The translations under genes were made by a program, and so were the position numbers. This document shows, in pieces, positions 9,970-20,158 of a DNA stretch of 57,418 nt. Every line of letters begins with the position of its first letter. Position 1 is the stretch's first letter. The notes under the pieces were generated by a model that was not told where the DNA came from, ran no database searches, and worked only from the letters and a program-made list of their open reading frames with translations. This DNA comes from Bacteroidales bacterium (GTDB lineage Bacteria > Bacteroidota > Bacteroidia > Bacteroidales > FEN-979): positions 1 through 57,418 of the forward strand of contig JADHVQ010000004.1 in NCBI GenBank assembly GCA_016783905.1, given 5' to 3'.

Positions 9970-11241
9970 TTAAAGGTCAAACCCAATATCAGTCCTGTAA
10001 TACTTCCCCTCAAACCGGATCTTCTCGGCATTTTCGTATGACCGGTTCAGCGCCTCCTCCAGCGACTTCCCGAACGAGGTCACGGCGAGTACCCGCCCGC
10101 CGTTGGTTACGATCCGGCCATCTACGGCTTTCGTCCCGGCATGGAACACGAGACTGCCGGTCACCTGGTCGAGCCCGGTGATCTCTTTCCCCTTCTCGTA
10201 GGAGCCCGGATAGCCTTCCGATACCAACATCACGCTGGCGGTGAAACGCGGGTCAAGATCCATCTCCACCCGGTCGAGGGTACCATCAGCTACGGCCTGG
10301 CAGAGCTCTACGAAATCGGCCTGGATGCGGGGCAGCACCACCTCTGTTTCGGGATCTCCCAGCCGGCAATTGTATTCAATCACGCAGGGAACCCCTTTTA
10401 CGTTCATCAGTCCGAAAAAGATGAATCCTTTGTAAATAATCCCTTCGGCTTGCAATCCATCCAGCGTGGGACAGATCACCTGCCGCTCCACCTGCTCCAG
10501 GAAGTTGCCCCGGGCAAACGGGACCGGGGAGATCGAACCCATGCCGCCGGTGTTGGGACCGGTATCGCCGATGCCGATCTTCTTGTAATCTTTGGCTTCG
10601 GGGAAGATCCGGTAGTGGGTTCCATCGGTGACCACGAATGCCGAGAGTTCAATCCCTTCTAAAAACTCTTCGATCACCACTTTGCTGGAGGCCTCCCCGA
10701 ATTTGGCATCGGAGAGCATGGCGGTAAGTTCTGCCATTGCTTCATCCATCGTTGGACAGATCACTACCCCTTTGCCTGCCGCCAGCCCGTCAGCCTTCAG
10801 CACGTATGGTGGATCCAGAGTTCGTAGAAAAGCGATTCCTTCAGCCAGCGTCTGGATAGTGAAGGTGTGGGAGAAGGCTGTGGGGATGCAGTATTTCCGG
10901 AGGAACGCTTTGGCGAAATCCTTACTTCCCTCCAGCATGGCCGCCTGGCGGGTAGGACCTATCACAGGGATCTTCCGGAGTTCAGGGTTGTCCAGGAAAA
11001 AATCGTGGATTCCGTGTACCAGGGGGTCTTCCGGACCCACGATCACCATCCCGATTTGATGGCTGATACAGGCTTCCCGGATCGCCTGGAAATCGTTGAC
11101 CGCTACCGGGAGGTTGGTGCCGGTGGAGGCAGTACCGGCGTTGCCGGGAGCAATGAAAAGGGAGGTCAACAGGGGGCTCTGCGCCAGCTTCCAGGCAAGG
11201 GCATGCTCGCGCCCCCCCGATCCTAACAGAAGTATGTTCAT
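9970..11241 (-). CDS. purD: Phosphoribosylamine--glycine ligase
   Basis: GSGGREHAL, LEGSKDFAK, KADGLAAGKGV, NTGGMG, EYNCRLGDPE, TNGGRV. Confidence 0.97.
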   Translation of the reverse strand: MNILLLGSGGREHALAWKLAQSPLLTSLFIAPGNAGTASTGTNLPVAVNDFQAIREACISHQIGMVIVGPEDPLVHGIHDFFLDNPELRKIPVIGPTRQAAMLEGSKDFAKAFLRKYCIPTAFSHTFTIQTLAEGIAFLRTLDPPYVLKADGLAAGKGVVICPTMDEAMAELTAMLSDAKFGEASSKVVIEEFLEGIELSAFVVTDGTHYRIFPEAKDYKKIGIGDTGPNTGGMGSISPVPFARGNFLEQVERQVICPTLDGLQAEGIIYKGFIFFGLMNVKGVPCVIEYNCRLGDPETEVVLPRIQADFVELCQAVADGTLDRVEMDLDPRFTASVMLVSEGYPGSYEKGKEITGLDQVTGSLVFHAGTKAVDGRIVTNGGRVLAVTSFGKSLEEALNRSYENAEKIRFEGKYYRTDIGFDL

Positions 11242-11245
11242 GGTT

Positions 11246-12376
11246 TTAGTTGGTTTTCAATGCTTTTTCGATCGACTCCCAGAGGCGGTCGGCGGTCTTC
11301 TGCCAGGTGAAGAAGCCCTCCCGGGCATGACCCCGCTGGATCAGTTCCTCCCGTACGGTTTTGTACTGGTAGGTCTTGTACATAGCCATGGCGATCGATT
11401 CGGGATCGAAGGGGTCGATCAGCAGGGCTCCATCGCCGGCCACCTCAGGCATGGAGGTGACGTTGGAGGTGATCACCGGCGTCCCGCAGCGAAAAGCCTC
11501 AACGATAGGGATGCCAAACCCTTCGAAGTAGGAGACGTAGGTGAGTGCGGTGGCTGCCCCCAGCACATACCGGAGATGCTCATTGCTGAGGCGTCCGGTG
11601 AAAATCACGTCGTTCGAAAAAATCATCCGCTGGAAGGCCGAGTCGATGTCGGGAGTCCACCACTTCCGGGCTCCAACAATCATTAACTGTACATCCGACG
11701 GATTGGTCTTTTTGAAAAGGTCGAATGCCCGGAAGAGGTTAGAGAGGTTCTTCCTTGGATGAAGCGCTCCGATGAATAGAAAGTAAGGCTTCCCATCGGA
11801 GTAAAACTGGCAGGTCATTACCTTCTCCTCTTGGGTCAGCGGTTTGTAAATCTCACTGGCGCCGTCGTACACGATGTCGATCTTGCCGGCGCTCACCTGG
11901 TACTGGGTTACGATATCCTGTCGGGAGTACTCGGAGACCGTAGCGATCCTTACGGCCTTTTGCGCATACCTGGGAAAGTAGTGACGGTAATACCAGCGGG
12001 TGAGAACAGGAAGGTCTTCAGGGTAGTGCTCGAAATTGAGGTCGTGGATCACATTCATCGACCGGCCCTTGTAGCGAAGGGAGAGAAAACCGTCGGGGGA
12101 GAGGAAAAGATCGGGCTTCAGCCGGTTGAGCAGGGAGGGGAGATTGAATTCAAACCAGGCATAATAGAGAACGGGATGACGGGCCGGAGGATACTGGATG
12201 AGCGGGGTGATATTATCTGAAAAGAGGAACTCTTCTGAGAAATTCCGGTCGAAAATGAAGTAAAAGTGGTGTTCGGGGTGCTGGGTCGTGATCCGTTTCA
12301 GCGATTCATAGGTGAACCACCCGATCCCTTCGAGTTTGTCTTTCAACAGCAAACGGGTGTTAACCGCGATATTCAT
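11246..12376 (-). CDS. Glycosyltransferase family 4
   Basis: IHDL, TVSEYS, PRKNL, EGFGIPIVEA, SMPEVAG. Confidence 0.92.
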   Translation of the reverse strand: MNIAVNTRLLLKDKLEGIGWFTYESLKRITTQHPEHHFYFIFDRNFSEEFLFSDNITPLIQYPPARHPVLYYAWFEFNLPSLLNRLKPDLFLSPDGFLSLRYKGRSMNVIHDLNFEHYPEDLPVLTRWYYRHYFPRYAQKAVRIATVSEYSRQDIVTQYQVSAGKIDIVYDGASEIYKPLTQEEKVMTCQFYSDGKPYFLFIGALHPRKNLSNLFRAFDLFKKTNPSDVQLMIVGARKWWTPDIDSAFQRMIFSNDVIFTGRLSNEHLRYVLGAATALTYVSYFEGFGIPIVEAFRCGTPVITSNVTSMPEVAGDGALLIDPFDPESIAMAMYKTYQYKTVREELIQRGHAREGFFTWQKTADRLWESIEKALKTN

Positions 12377-12409
12377 ACCGGGATAATGTTTCCGGGTTCA
12401 GATTATTTA

Positions 12410-12417
12410 TAACTTTG
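12410..12417 (+). promoter_or_regulatory. -7 element TAACTTTG
   Basis: Exact TAnnTTTG upstream of the ATG at 12457. Confidence 0.5.
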
Positions 12418-12456
12418 TAGCAAATATCACACTATTTTTTAGAAGTATAAACCTAC

Positions 12457-13305
12457 ATGAAAAAATATATAAAGTACCTTTTACCAAAATATCAAAAATT
12501 GATTCTTGAATATAAAGTTGATTTTAAGCCTCGGTATGGACATGGATTAAAGCCGCATGATTCATTATATGCAATTATAGATTCAAACCGGAATAATTAT
12601 GAAGAATTTCTGAAAAAAATCTTGTCGTTCCAGGAGGTCTTTCTAACTATTAATGATTCAACAAATGAGAATAACGATACTCTTCCTGCATGGAATAACG
12701 AGTATCTGCCCGGCCTGGATATTGTCTCATTGTATACAATGATACGACTTTATAAACCGGAAACATATATTGAGATCGGATCAGGGAACTCTACTAAAGT
12801 TGCGGCCAAAGCAATTAAAGATGGGAATCTGTCGACAAAGATAATTTCCATTGATCCTTTTCCCAGAGCCTCCATTGATTTTCTGGCTCATGAAGTAATA
12901 AGAAAGCCACTTGAAGATTTATCAGATCTCAGCATGTTTGCTGATCTGAAGCCGAATGATATCCTGTTCATAGATAACTCTCATCGCTGCTTCCCCAATT
13001 CGGATGTGACAGTTACTTTTTTGGATGTGGTTCCATTGTTGCAGAAAGACGTTCTCTTGCATTTTCATGACATCTACCTGCCATACGATTATCCTCAGTT
13101 TATGTGTGATCGCTTTTATTCAGAACAGTATTTACTTGCCACAATGCTTCTATCTAATAGTAAAAAATATGAGCCTCTTCTCCCTAATTTCTTTATTAGC
13201 GAAGATCCTTTTCTCACAAAAATATTGAATGATTTCTGGGAAAATCCGGAAATGCCCATAGTGGAAAGGCATGGAGGATCCTTCTGGATTAGGGTTAGCG
13301 ACTAA
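12457..13305 (+). CDS. Class I SAM-dependent methyltransferase (Methyltransf_24-like)
   Basis: IEIGSGNST, SIDP, DILFIDNSH, HFHDIYLP; AT-rich codon usage. Confidence 0.85.
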   Translation: MKKYIKYLLPKYQKLILEYKVDFKPRYGHGLKPHDSLYAIIDSNRNNYEEFLKKILSFQEVFLTINDSTNENNDTLPAWNNEYLPGLDIVSLYTMIRLYKPETYIEIGSGNSTKVAAKAIKDGNLSTKIISIDPFPRASIDFLAHEVIRKPLEDLSDLSMFADLKPNDILFIDNSHRCFPNSDVTVTFLDVVPLLQKDVLLHFHDIYLPYDYPQFMCDRFYSEQYLLATMLLSNSKKYEPLLPNFFISEDPFLTKILNDFWENPEMPIVERHGGSFWIRVSD

Positions 13306-14777
13306 ATCTCCTTTTTGATAATTGCTAACATAGATTTCAGACTGATCAGTTTTAGCCCGAATGCCATGAGGAGTGAAAGTAACCCTACAATGATCAGTTT
13401 CCCGATCCATGCTGAATGATCATCAAAACCTGGAATCAGAAGGGTAATTCTGTGTGAGAAATAGTTCAATACCAATACCGTTGCGGCGAAAAGGAAAAGT
13501 GTCAACAAATATCTCACATCGATTCTTAGTTTGAATATCCGCTGAACCAGAATAACCTGTGCGATGGCTGCAAAACCTTGAGTTGAAAGACTTGCGATTG
13601 CTGAACCCATCGCCAGGAACTCTGGTACTAGCAGCAGGTTTACTGTAACGTTGATAACCACACTTATTGATGCGATGATATTCAGTTGTTTAAGATTTCC
13701 ATTCGCCGTCAACAAGGTCCCAAAAATATAACTTGTTGATACCCCAACAAACCCAATCATCAGAAACCTAAAGACTGATGTTGATTCACTGATATGTGCA
13801 TCGTAAAGCAGCTCCATTATCTCACGTGCATAAAAGATTGAACTTGATACAATAATAATAGCGAATGTGATTATCAGAGTAAATGAAAGTTTTAACATCT
13901 CACTAATGGATTCATTCTTCTTAATCATCTTCGAGAAGATAGGGATAAGAAGGACAGCGAATAGGAATGCGATCATACTTGCTGCATCTAGTAATCGAAA
14001 TCCTAATGCAAAGATCCCAGCTTCATCATTACCAACAGGATCATCCAGGATGGCCCCTAAAAGCACTGGATCAAGTCGTGTGTAACATGCCATCAATAAA
14101 ACCAAAAGTGCAAACGGATAACTTCGTTTCAGGATCATCAGGAAAAAAGGCCAGTTCCATTTCAAAGAGCGAAACCTGGCTTTAATGACCACAATTGCAA
14201 ATGCAGTGGCTACCGTGATCAAATAAGCCAGTGTCTGGCTGTAGACAAACCATTCGATTTTAAATTCTCCCTCTGTGACATGTCCCCAAAGCAGAATTCC
14301 GCAGAATAATATCATCAGGAATCGGTCAAGTACCGATAGAATGCTATCCGTTTTGAAGTATAAAAGACCTGAAATATTGGATCTTAGATATAGAAGAAGT
14401 GAGAGCAGAAATTGATTGAAGCCAAGGATTGCCAGTATTTTGAACTGTAATTCATTATATCCGACAAGTATAGCAACTAGAAAGATTACAAAGAAATAGA
14501 AAAATCCCAGGAGAATTTTTATTACAAGAATCCCTGAGAAATGTTTGTTAAGTAACTGGTTGCTTTGAGCAATATTCCGGTTATTGAAATTTGTGATCCC
14601 AAGGTCAAGTAAAATGTTGAATATGATGGTGAAATTGAAAATAACAAAATAAAAACCATATTCTCCAACGCCAACAGTATTTTGCACAGTCCGGTCAATT
14701 CCGAAAATCCAGATTGGCTTTATGAGGAAATTTAGAAAAAGAAGAAATCCCAGATTGATAAGAAATTTTCGCTGCAT
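13302..14777 (-). CDS. wzx: Oligosaccharide flippase (Wzx/MOP family)
   Basis: About 13 TM segments; YGFYF...ILLDLGI, RLD, AGIF..GFRLLDA motifs. Confidence 0.85.
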   Translation of the reverse strand: MQRKFLINLGFLLFLNFLIKPIWIFGIDRTVQNTVGVGEYGFYFVIFNFTIIFNILLDLGITNFNNRNIAQSNQLLNKHFSGILVIKILLGFFYFFVIFLVAILVGYNELQFKILAILGFNQFLLSLLLYLRSNISGLLYFKTDSILSVLDRFLMILFCGILLWGHVTEGEFKIEWFVYSQTLAYLITVATAFAIVVIKARFRSLKWNWPFFLMILKRSYPFALLVLLMACYTRLDPVLLGAILDDPVGNDEAGIFALGFRLLDAASMIAFLFAVLLIPIFSKMIKKNESISEMLKLSFTLIITFAIIIVSSSIFYAREIMELLYDAHISESTSVFRFLMIGFVGVSTSYIFGTLLTANGNLKQLNIIASISVVINVTVNLLLVPEFLAMGSAIASLSTQGFAAIAQVILVQRIFKLRIDVRYLLTLFLFAATVLVLNYFSHRITLLIPGFDDHSAWIGKLIIVGLLSLLMAFGLKLISLKSMLAIIKKEI

Positions 14778-14906
14778 AACCTAAAATAAACTTTCCTAAG
14801 ATTGAAAATGGTGAGAAATCTTTAACTTGTTTGACCCAAAATTATCATTTTGTAGGTAAAATTACTATTTACATAAGTATTATCTGCAATATTCTTCTAA
14901 TACCCT

Positions 14907-14939
14907 TGTGGGGTATACCGGATTCGAACCAGTGACCTC
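14907..14939 (-). pseudogene. Orphan tRNA 3' half (T-arm plus acceptor 3' strand)
   Basis: Minus strand reads GAGGTC-ACTGG-TTCGAAT-CCGGT-ATACCCC-ACA; no matching GGGGTAT 5' strand or D-arm upstream. Confidence 0.75.
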
Positions 14940-14992
14940 ATGAACTAATGCCTGTCAAAACAAGCTTCGCTTGTTCATTTCGTAAAAATCTT

Positions 14993-15000
14993 TAACTTTG
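14993..15000 (+). promoter_or_regulatory. -7 element TAACTTTG
   Basis: Exact TAnnTTTG upstream of the ATG at 15023. Confidence 0.55.
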
Positions 15001-15022
15001 GCGAAATTTTGATCGTTTCGCT

Positions 15023-16069
15023 ATGACCCATGATCCAAAAAGAAGGGAAGATTTCGACTCCTCCAACATCGTGATCTTCTTTTATAAATGGAGGAAACCC
15101 CTATTCATCGTGATGTTTGTGGCGCTGGTCGGCTCCTGGTTTTTCTCCCTGCCCTGGTTCATCACTCCCAAGTTTAAATCGACCGTCATTATGTTCCCGG
15201 CGAGTACCAACTCGGTTTCCAAGGCGCTGCTGACTGAACACAGTCAGAAAGGGGAGGATCTGATGTCGTTTGGCGAAGACGAACAAGCAGAACAGCTGAT
15301 GCAGATCCTCAACTCCAATAAGATCCGCGACAAGGTGATCCGGAAGTTCAACCTCATGGAGCACTACGGGATTGACTCCACTGCCAAATACAAATATTCG
15401 AGGCTCTTCGACGAGTACGAAAGGAACATCATTTTCCGCCGTACCCCCTTTATGGCTGTCCAGATCATCGTATATGACACCGATCCCCAGCTGGCGGCCG
15501 ACATTGCCAACACCATCGCCGCCCTCCTCGACTCAACGAAAAACGAGATGCAGCACATACGTGCCATCCAGGGACTATACATCGTGGAGGAGGAGTACAA
15601 GGACCTGCAAGGGGAGGTGTATGTGATTGTCGACTCCCTGGTCATCCTGGGTAAACTGGGCGTGAACGATGTGGAATACCAGTCACAGGTCCTCAACCAG
15701 CAGATGGCCATCGCCATCATGGAGGCAAATGCCGAGGCGATGAAAGCCCTTCAGAAACGCCTGGACGTTCTTGGGAAGTACGGGGGTATCTACATGTCAC
15801 TGAAAAATTTACTGGAATTCAAAACTGAACAGCTCACCTTGCTGCAATCAAGGCTGATGGAGGCCAAAGTGGATGCCCAGGAGAATATCCCGCAAAAATT
15901 TATCGTGAGCGATGCTTACAAAGCCGAGAAAAAGTCCTATCCGATCCGCTGGCTCATTATGCTCGTCTCCACCCTTTCGGCACTGTTCCTCACCATCATT
16001 GTGATCATGATGATCGAGAAGATCTCGGTAGTCAACGCACAGAAGAAATTTCAACTAGGACAATCGTAA
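15023..16069 (+). CDS. Wzz/PCP family chain-length determinant (copy 1)
   Basis: TM helices at both ends, coiled-coil middle, KKSYPIRW before the C-terminal TM. Confidence 0.85.
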   Translation: MTHDPKRREDFDSSNIVIFFYKWRKPLFIVMFVALVGSWFFSLPWFITPKFKSTVIMFPASTNSVSKALLTEHSQKGEDLMSFGEDEQAEQLMQILNSNKIRDKVIRKFNLMEHYGIDSTAKYKYSRLFDEYERNIIFRRTPFMAVQIIVYDTDPQLAADIANTIAALLDSTKNEMQHIRAIQGLYIVEEEYKDLQGEVYVIVDSLVILGKLGVNDVEYQSQVLNQQMAIAIMEANAEAMKALQKRLDVLGKYGGIYMSLKNLLEFKTEQLTLLQSRLMEAKVDAQENIPQKFIVSDAYKAEKKSYPIRWLIMLVSTLSALFLTIIVIMMIEKISVVNAQKKFQLGQS

Positions 16070-16105
16070 CGAAACCAAAAAAGCGAACCAAAAAAACAAA
16101 CCTAT

Positions 16106-17068
16106 ATGGAACCCTTTTTCAACAGCAAGAACATCGCTGATATCCTGTTCCGGTGGAAGATCCATCTGGCGGTCATCGTGGCGCTGGCCGTAGTCCTCTC
16201 GGTCATCCTTTCGAGTCCGATAGTGATCACCCCGCTGTATAAATCCTACGCCGTTGCCTACCCCTCCAACGTGGCCCCTTACTCAGATGAGAACGAGACA
16301 GAGCAGATGATTGAGATGCTCAACTCCGGGGATATCCGCGATAGCGTGATTGGGAAGTTTGACCTGGCAGTCCACTGGAAGATCGATTCCAATTACAAAT
16401 ATTTTCTCAGCACCCTTTTCTGGATCTACTCCCAGCGTGTGAAGATCACCAAAACACCTTACGAGGCGGTGAACGTTGAGGTGTGGGATCCCGATCCCCG
16501 CATGGCCTGTGATATGGTCAATGCTATCCTGGATTTCTACAATATTAAAGTGAGGAAGCTTCACAAGGATAAGTTCTACGAGGTAGTGGTCAATTATGAG
16601 ACCATAGTTAACGAAAAGATAATGAAGCTTGACTCATTACGTCAACGGGCAGAGGAGCTGGGAACCAAATATGGGCTGATGGAGTACCAGGCGCAAACCC
16701 GCGAGGTGATGCGGGCCCTGCTGGGCACCGGAAGCCAGTCGGGACGTTACAACGAAGCGCTCAAGTATAAAAAGAACATCGAAGAGAAAGGGGCGGAGAT
16801 GTTGCTGATCCAGGAGATGATGGCAGCCGAAACAGAGGAGTTTGCAATCTTCAAGCTGGACTACGACCGGGCATTGCTCGACTACAACCGTGCTTACACG
16901 CATGTGAATATCCTAACCAATCCGTATGTGTCCGACAAGAAGAGCTACCCCATTCGGTGGCTGATCGTGGTTGGCTCGGTATTGGCGATATCTTTTCTGG
17001 CCCTGATTGTGATAGGGGTGATCGAACGCACCAGGTTTGTCAAGCAGTTTCCCTCGCAACATGCATAG
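16106..17068 (+). CDS. Wzz/PCP family chain-length determinant (copy 2)
   Basis: Same architecture and KKSYPIRW motif; paralog of the upstream gene. Confidence 0.85.
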   Translation: MEPFFNSKNIADILFRWKIHLAVIVALAVVLSVILSSPIVITPLYKSYAVAYPSNVAPYSDENETEQMIEMLNSGDIRDSVIGKFDLAVHWKIDSNYKYFLSTLFWIYSQRVKITKTPYEAVNVEVWDPDPRMACDMVNAILDFYNIKVRKLHKDKFYEVVVNYETIVNEKIMKLDSLRQRAEELGTKYGLMEYQAQTREVMRALLGTGSQSGRYNEALKYKKNIEEKGAEMLLIQEMMAAETEEFAIFKLDYDRALLDYNRAYTHVNILTNPYVSDKKSYPIRWLIVVGSVLAISFLALIVIGVIERTRFVKQFPSQHA

Positions 17069-18536
17069 CCTCTTTACAGGAACGGGGATCTCCGGCTTTC
17101 TGGAGAAGTACAAAGTGGGATGGGTCTACCTTATCAGCCTGGCCTATATCCTCCTCAATGCCTATTTGATCTATAAGGATTTTTATTACTCCCTGGCTAT
17201 TCCTGTGTTGTTGGTGCTTCTCTATTTTTACTTTACACGGCTCGACTGGATCCTCCTGCTGATTGCCTTCACCACTCCCATCGCGGTGAATATGGTGCAA
17301 TACGAGCTGGGAGCCGGGATCTCGATCCCAACCGAACCGCTGCTCTTCGGTGTCTTCCTGATCTTTATCCTGAAGCTCTTTTACAAAAATGATTTCGACC
17401 GGAAGATATGGACCCATCCTGTAAGCATTTTGATCATCATTTCCCTGATCTGGATGTTCATCACCAGCCTTACCAGCCAGATCCCGCTGGTATCGTTCAA
17501 GTACCTGCTGGCCCGGTTATGGTTTGTTATTCCTTTCTATTTCCTGGGCATCCTCCTCTTCCGGAAAACGTCAAACATCCGCCTCTTCATCTGGCTATAT
17601 GCAATTCCGCTGGTTGGAGTGATCATCTACACGACCCTGGTTCACTCTACCTATGGATTTGAAGAGGAGGCAGGGCACTGGGTGATGTACCCCTTTTACA
17701 ATGACCATACGGCCTACGGCGCCATCCTGGCTCTCTTCCTCCCCATCTTTATCGGCTTCTCTTTCAGCAAGGTCTATAGCCGGACCACACGCTTTTTCTC
17801 CTTCCTCATCATGATGATCCTGGTGGTAGCCCTCTTTCTCTCTTTTTGCCGGGCTGCCTGGATCAGCATAGTTGCCACATTGATCATCTACATGATTATC
17901 CTCTTTAAGATCAAGTTCAAGTGGATTGCCGTGATCACAGGATCATTATTTATCTTCTTTTTCATGTTCCAGCAGCAGATCTGGGATGTGCTGGAACGAA
18001 ATAAGCAGGGGACATCGGGGAACTTCATGGAGCATGTCCAGTCGATCTCCAACATCACCACCGACGACTCCAACCTTGAGCGGATCAACCGCTGGCAATC
18101 GGCTTTCCGGATGTTTGATGAGCGACCCGTCTTCGGCTTTGGCCCCGGCACCTATCAGTTTGAATACGCCCCCTACCAGCTTTCTGTTGAAAAGACCCTG
18201 ATCAGCACCAACGCCGGTGACCGGGGCAATGCCCACAGCGAATTCATCGGCCCCCTGTCCGAAGAGGGATTGCCAGGAATGCTGCTGATGGTCTCCCTTG
18301 TGATCATGATCATCGCCTACGGCCTGAAAGTCCACAAACAGGCTAAAACCCCTGAAACGCGCCTGCTCAGCCTCACCTTGCTGCTTGGACTCATCACCTA
18401 CTTCCTCCACGGTACCCTCAACAACTTCCTCGACACCGACAAAGCTTCTATCCCCGTCTGGGCCTTCATCGCTGTGCTCGTCGCCCTCGACATGTACCAG
18501 AACAAGCTAGAGAGCCAGTCTTCAGTTGGCAGTTAG
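17061..18536 (+). CDS. O-antigen ligase family (WaaL/Wzy_C) protein
   Basis: Polytopic membrane protein; SFCRAAW, SNLERINRW, PVFGFGPG, NAHSEF. Confidence 0.85.
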   Translation: MHSLFTGTGISGFLEKYKVGWVYLISLAYILLNAYLIYKDFYYSLAIPVLLVLLYFYFTRLDWILLLIAFTTPIAVNMVQYELGAGISIPTEPLLFGVFLIFILKLFYKNDFDRKIWTHPVSILIIISLIWMFITSLTSQIPLVSFKYLLARLWFVIPFYFLGILLFRKTSNIRLFIWLYAIPLVGVIIYTTLVHSTYGFEEEAGHWVMYPFYNDHTAYGAILALFLPIFIGFSFSKVYSRTTRFFSFLIMMILVVALFLSFCRAAWISIVATLIIYMIILFKIKFKWIAVITGSLFIFFFMFQQQIWDVLERNKQGTSGNFMEHVQSISNITTDDSNLERINRWQSAFRMFDERPVFGFGPGTYQFEYAPYQLSVEKTLISTNAGDRGNAHSEFIGPLSEEGLPGMLLMVSLVIMIIAYGLKVHKQAKTPETRLLSLTLLLGLITYFLHGTLNNFLDTDKASIPVWAFIAVLVALDMYQNKLESQSSVGS

Positions 18537-18602
18537 CAATCATTTTTTACCTCTAAATCCCTGAAGGGGACTTACTCCCCCTTTAGGGGGTTGGGGGGCA
18601 TG
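18522..18602 (+). repeat. Left arm of ~80-bp inverted repeat (CAGTTGG heptamers plus family A palindrome)
   Basis: tcagttggcagttagcaat...ctaaatccctgaaggggacttactccccctttagggggttggggggcatg; matches the reverse complement of 20159-20235. Confidence 0.9.
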
Positions 18603-18670
18603 TTTTTTCCCTCAACTTTTTTCACTAATTTTACCCCCAGCAATATAATTTATAACGATTTACTTTTTTT

Positions 18671-19237
18671 ATGGCAACAACGGCAGACATCCGAAACGGA
18701 CTGGTCATTGATTTCAACAACCACCTCTTTGCGGTCGTGGAGTTTCAGCATGTAAAACCTGGCAAAGGAGCCGCTTTTGTGCGTACCAAACTAAAGAGCC
18801 TGCGTACCGGGCGGGTGATCGCTAACACCTTCAATTCCGGCGAAAAAATCGACATTGCACGCGTGGAACGACGCCCGCATCAATACCTCTTCAAAGATGA
18901 TATAGGTTACCACTTCATGCATTTAGAGACCTTCGAACAGATCGCAATTCCCGAGGAGCTGATCAGCGCACCGCAGTTCCTGAAAGAGGGACAGGAGGTT
19001 GAAATTGTCTTTCATGCCGACACGGAAACGCCACTCAACTGTGATTTGCCTGCATATGTAGAGCTGACCATCACCTATACCGAACCCGGATTCCGTGGAA
19101 ATACCGCTACCAATGCCATGAAAGATGCAACACTGGAGACCAGCGCCGTGGTGAAGGTCCCCCTCTTTATAAACACCGGGGAAACCATCCGCGTCGACAC
19201 CCGCACCGGAGAATACGGCGAACGCGTGAAAGGTTAA
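18671..19237 (+). CDS. efp: Elongation factor P
   Basis: HVKPGKGAAFVR, EPG.RG.T, VPLFI..G..I.VDT..GEY. Confidence 0.98.
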   Translation: MATTADIRNGLVIDFNNHLFAVVEFQHVKPGKGAAFVRTKLKSLRTGRVIANTFNSGEKIDIARVERRPHQYLFKDDIGYHFMHLETFEQIAIPEELISAPQFLKEGQEVEIVFHADTETPLNCDLPAYVELTITYTEPGFRGNTATNAMKDATLETSAVVKVPLFINTGETIRVDTRTGEYGERVKG

Positions 19238-19239
19238 TT

Positions 19240-20157
19240 ATGAAACTCCTTACACCCATTACCGTTCAGGAACTTGCCAGCTCCCTTTGTGCACGGTTTA
19301 TCGGAGATCCGGACCATCTGGTAACCGGAATCAACGAGATTCATATGGTCGAAAAGGGGGATCTGACGTTTGTGGACCACCCCAAATATTACAGCAGGGC
19401 TCTCTCCTCCAAAGCTACCACCATCCTGATCGACAAAGAGGTGGAGTGTCCTGAAGGAAAAGCATTGATCATCTCCGAACGGCCCTTTGATGACTTTGTT
19501 TTCCTGACCATCCGGTTTCGTCCCTTTGAAGCTGCAACATCCATGGTAAGTTCCTCTGCCAACCTTGGTGAAGGCACAGTGATCCAGCCCGGGGCTTTTA
19601 TCGGGAACCACGTCACCATCGGAAAAAACTGCCTGATCCACGCCAATGCAAGCATTTACGATCACACGGTGATTGGCAATCAGGTCATCATCCACTCTGG
19701 TGCTGTGATCGGCGCTGACGCCTGCTATTTCCAGCGTCGCCCGGATGGATGGAAAAAACTGGAGTCATGCGGCAGGGCTGTGCTGGAAGACCACGTCGAA
19801 ATCGGGGCTCTCACCTCCATCGACAGAGGCGTTTCAGGCGACACCGTCATCTCTGCTGGAACAAAGATCGACAACCACGTGCAGATCGGTCACGACACCT
19901 TCGTCGGACGCAACTGCCTGATAGGCGCCCATTGCGCCATCGCCGGCGTCACCCGCATCGAGGATGATGTGGTCCTCTGGGCCCGTGTCTCGGTAAACAA
20001 AGACCTCGTGATCGGCAAAGGAGCCATTGTCTACGCCATGTCTGGCATCGACAAATCTCTCCCCGGCGGCAAGACTTACTGGGGCGTTCCCGCCGAAGAG
20101 GCCAGAAAAAAGTGGAAAGAGCTGGCGAAACTCAAGAGACTGATTAAGGAAGAATAG
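19240..20157 (+). CDS. LpxD-like hexapeptide-repeat acyltransferase (paralog)
   Basis: LpxD N-domain (GDLTFVDHPKY), hexapeptide repeats, IDR, KIDNHVQIGH. Confidence 0.85.
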   Translation: MKLLTPITVQELASSLCARFIGDPDHLVTGINEIHMVEKGDLTFVDHPKYYSRALSSKATTILIDKEVECPEGKALIISERPFDDFVFLTIRFRPFEAATSMVSSSANLGEGTVIQPGAFIGNHVTIGKNCLIHANASIYDHTVIGNQVIIHSGAVIGADACYFQRRPDGWKKLESCGRAVLEDHVEIGALTSIDRGVSGDTVISAGTKIDNHVQIGHDTFVGRNCLIGAHCAIAGVTRIEDDVVLWARVSVNKDLVIGKGAIVYAMSGIDKSLPGGKTYWGVPAEEARKKWKELAKLKRLIKEE

Positions 20158-20158
20158 G

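Noticed and set aside
14880-14990. Functional tRNA gene
   Set aside because: Only the T-arm and acceptor 3' strand are present; no D-arm or complementary 5' strand.
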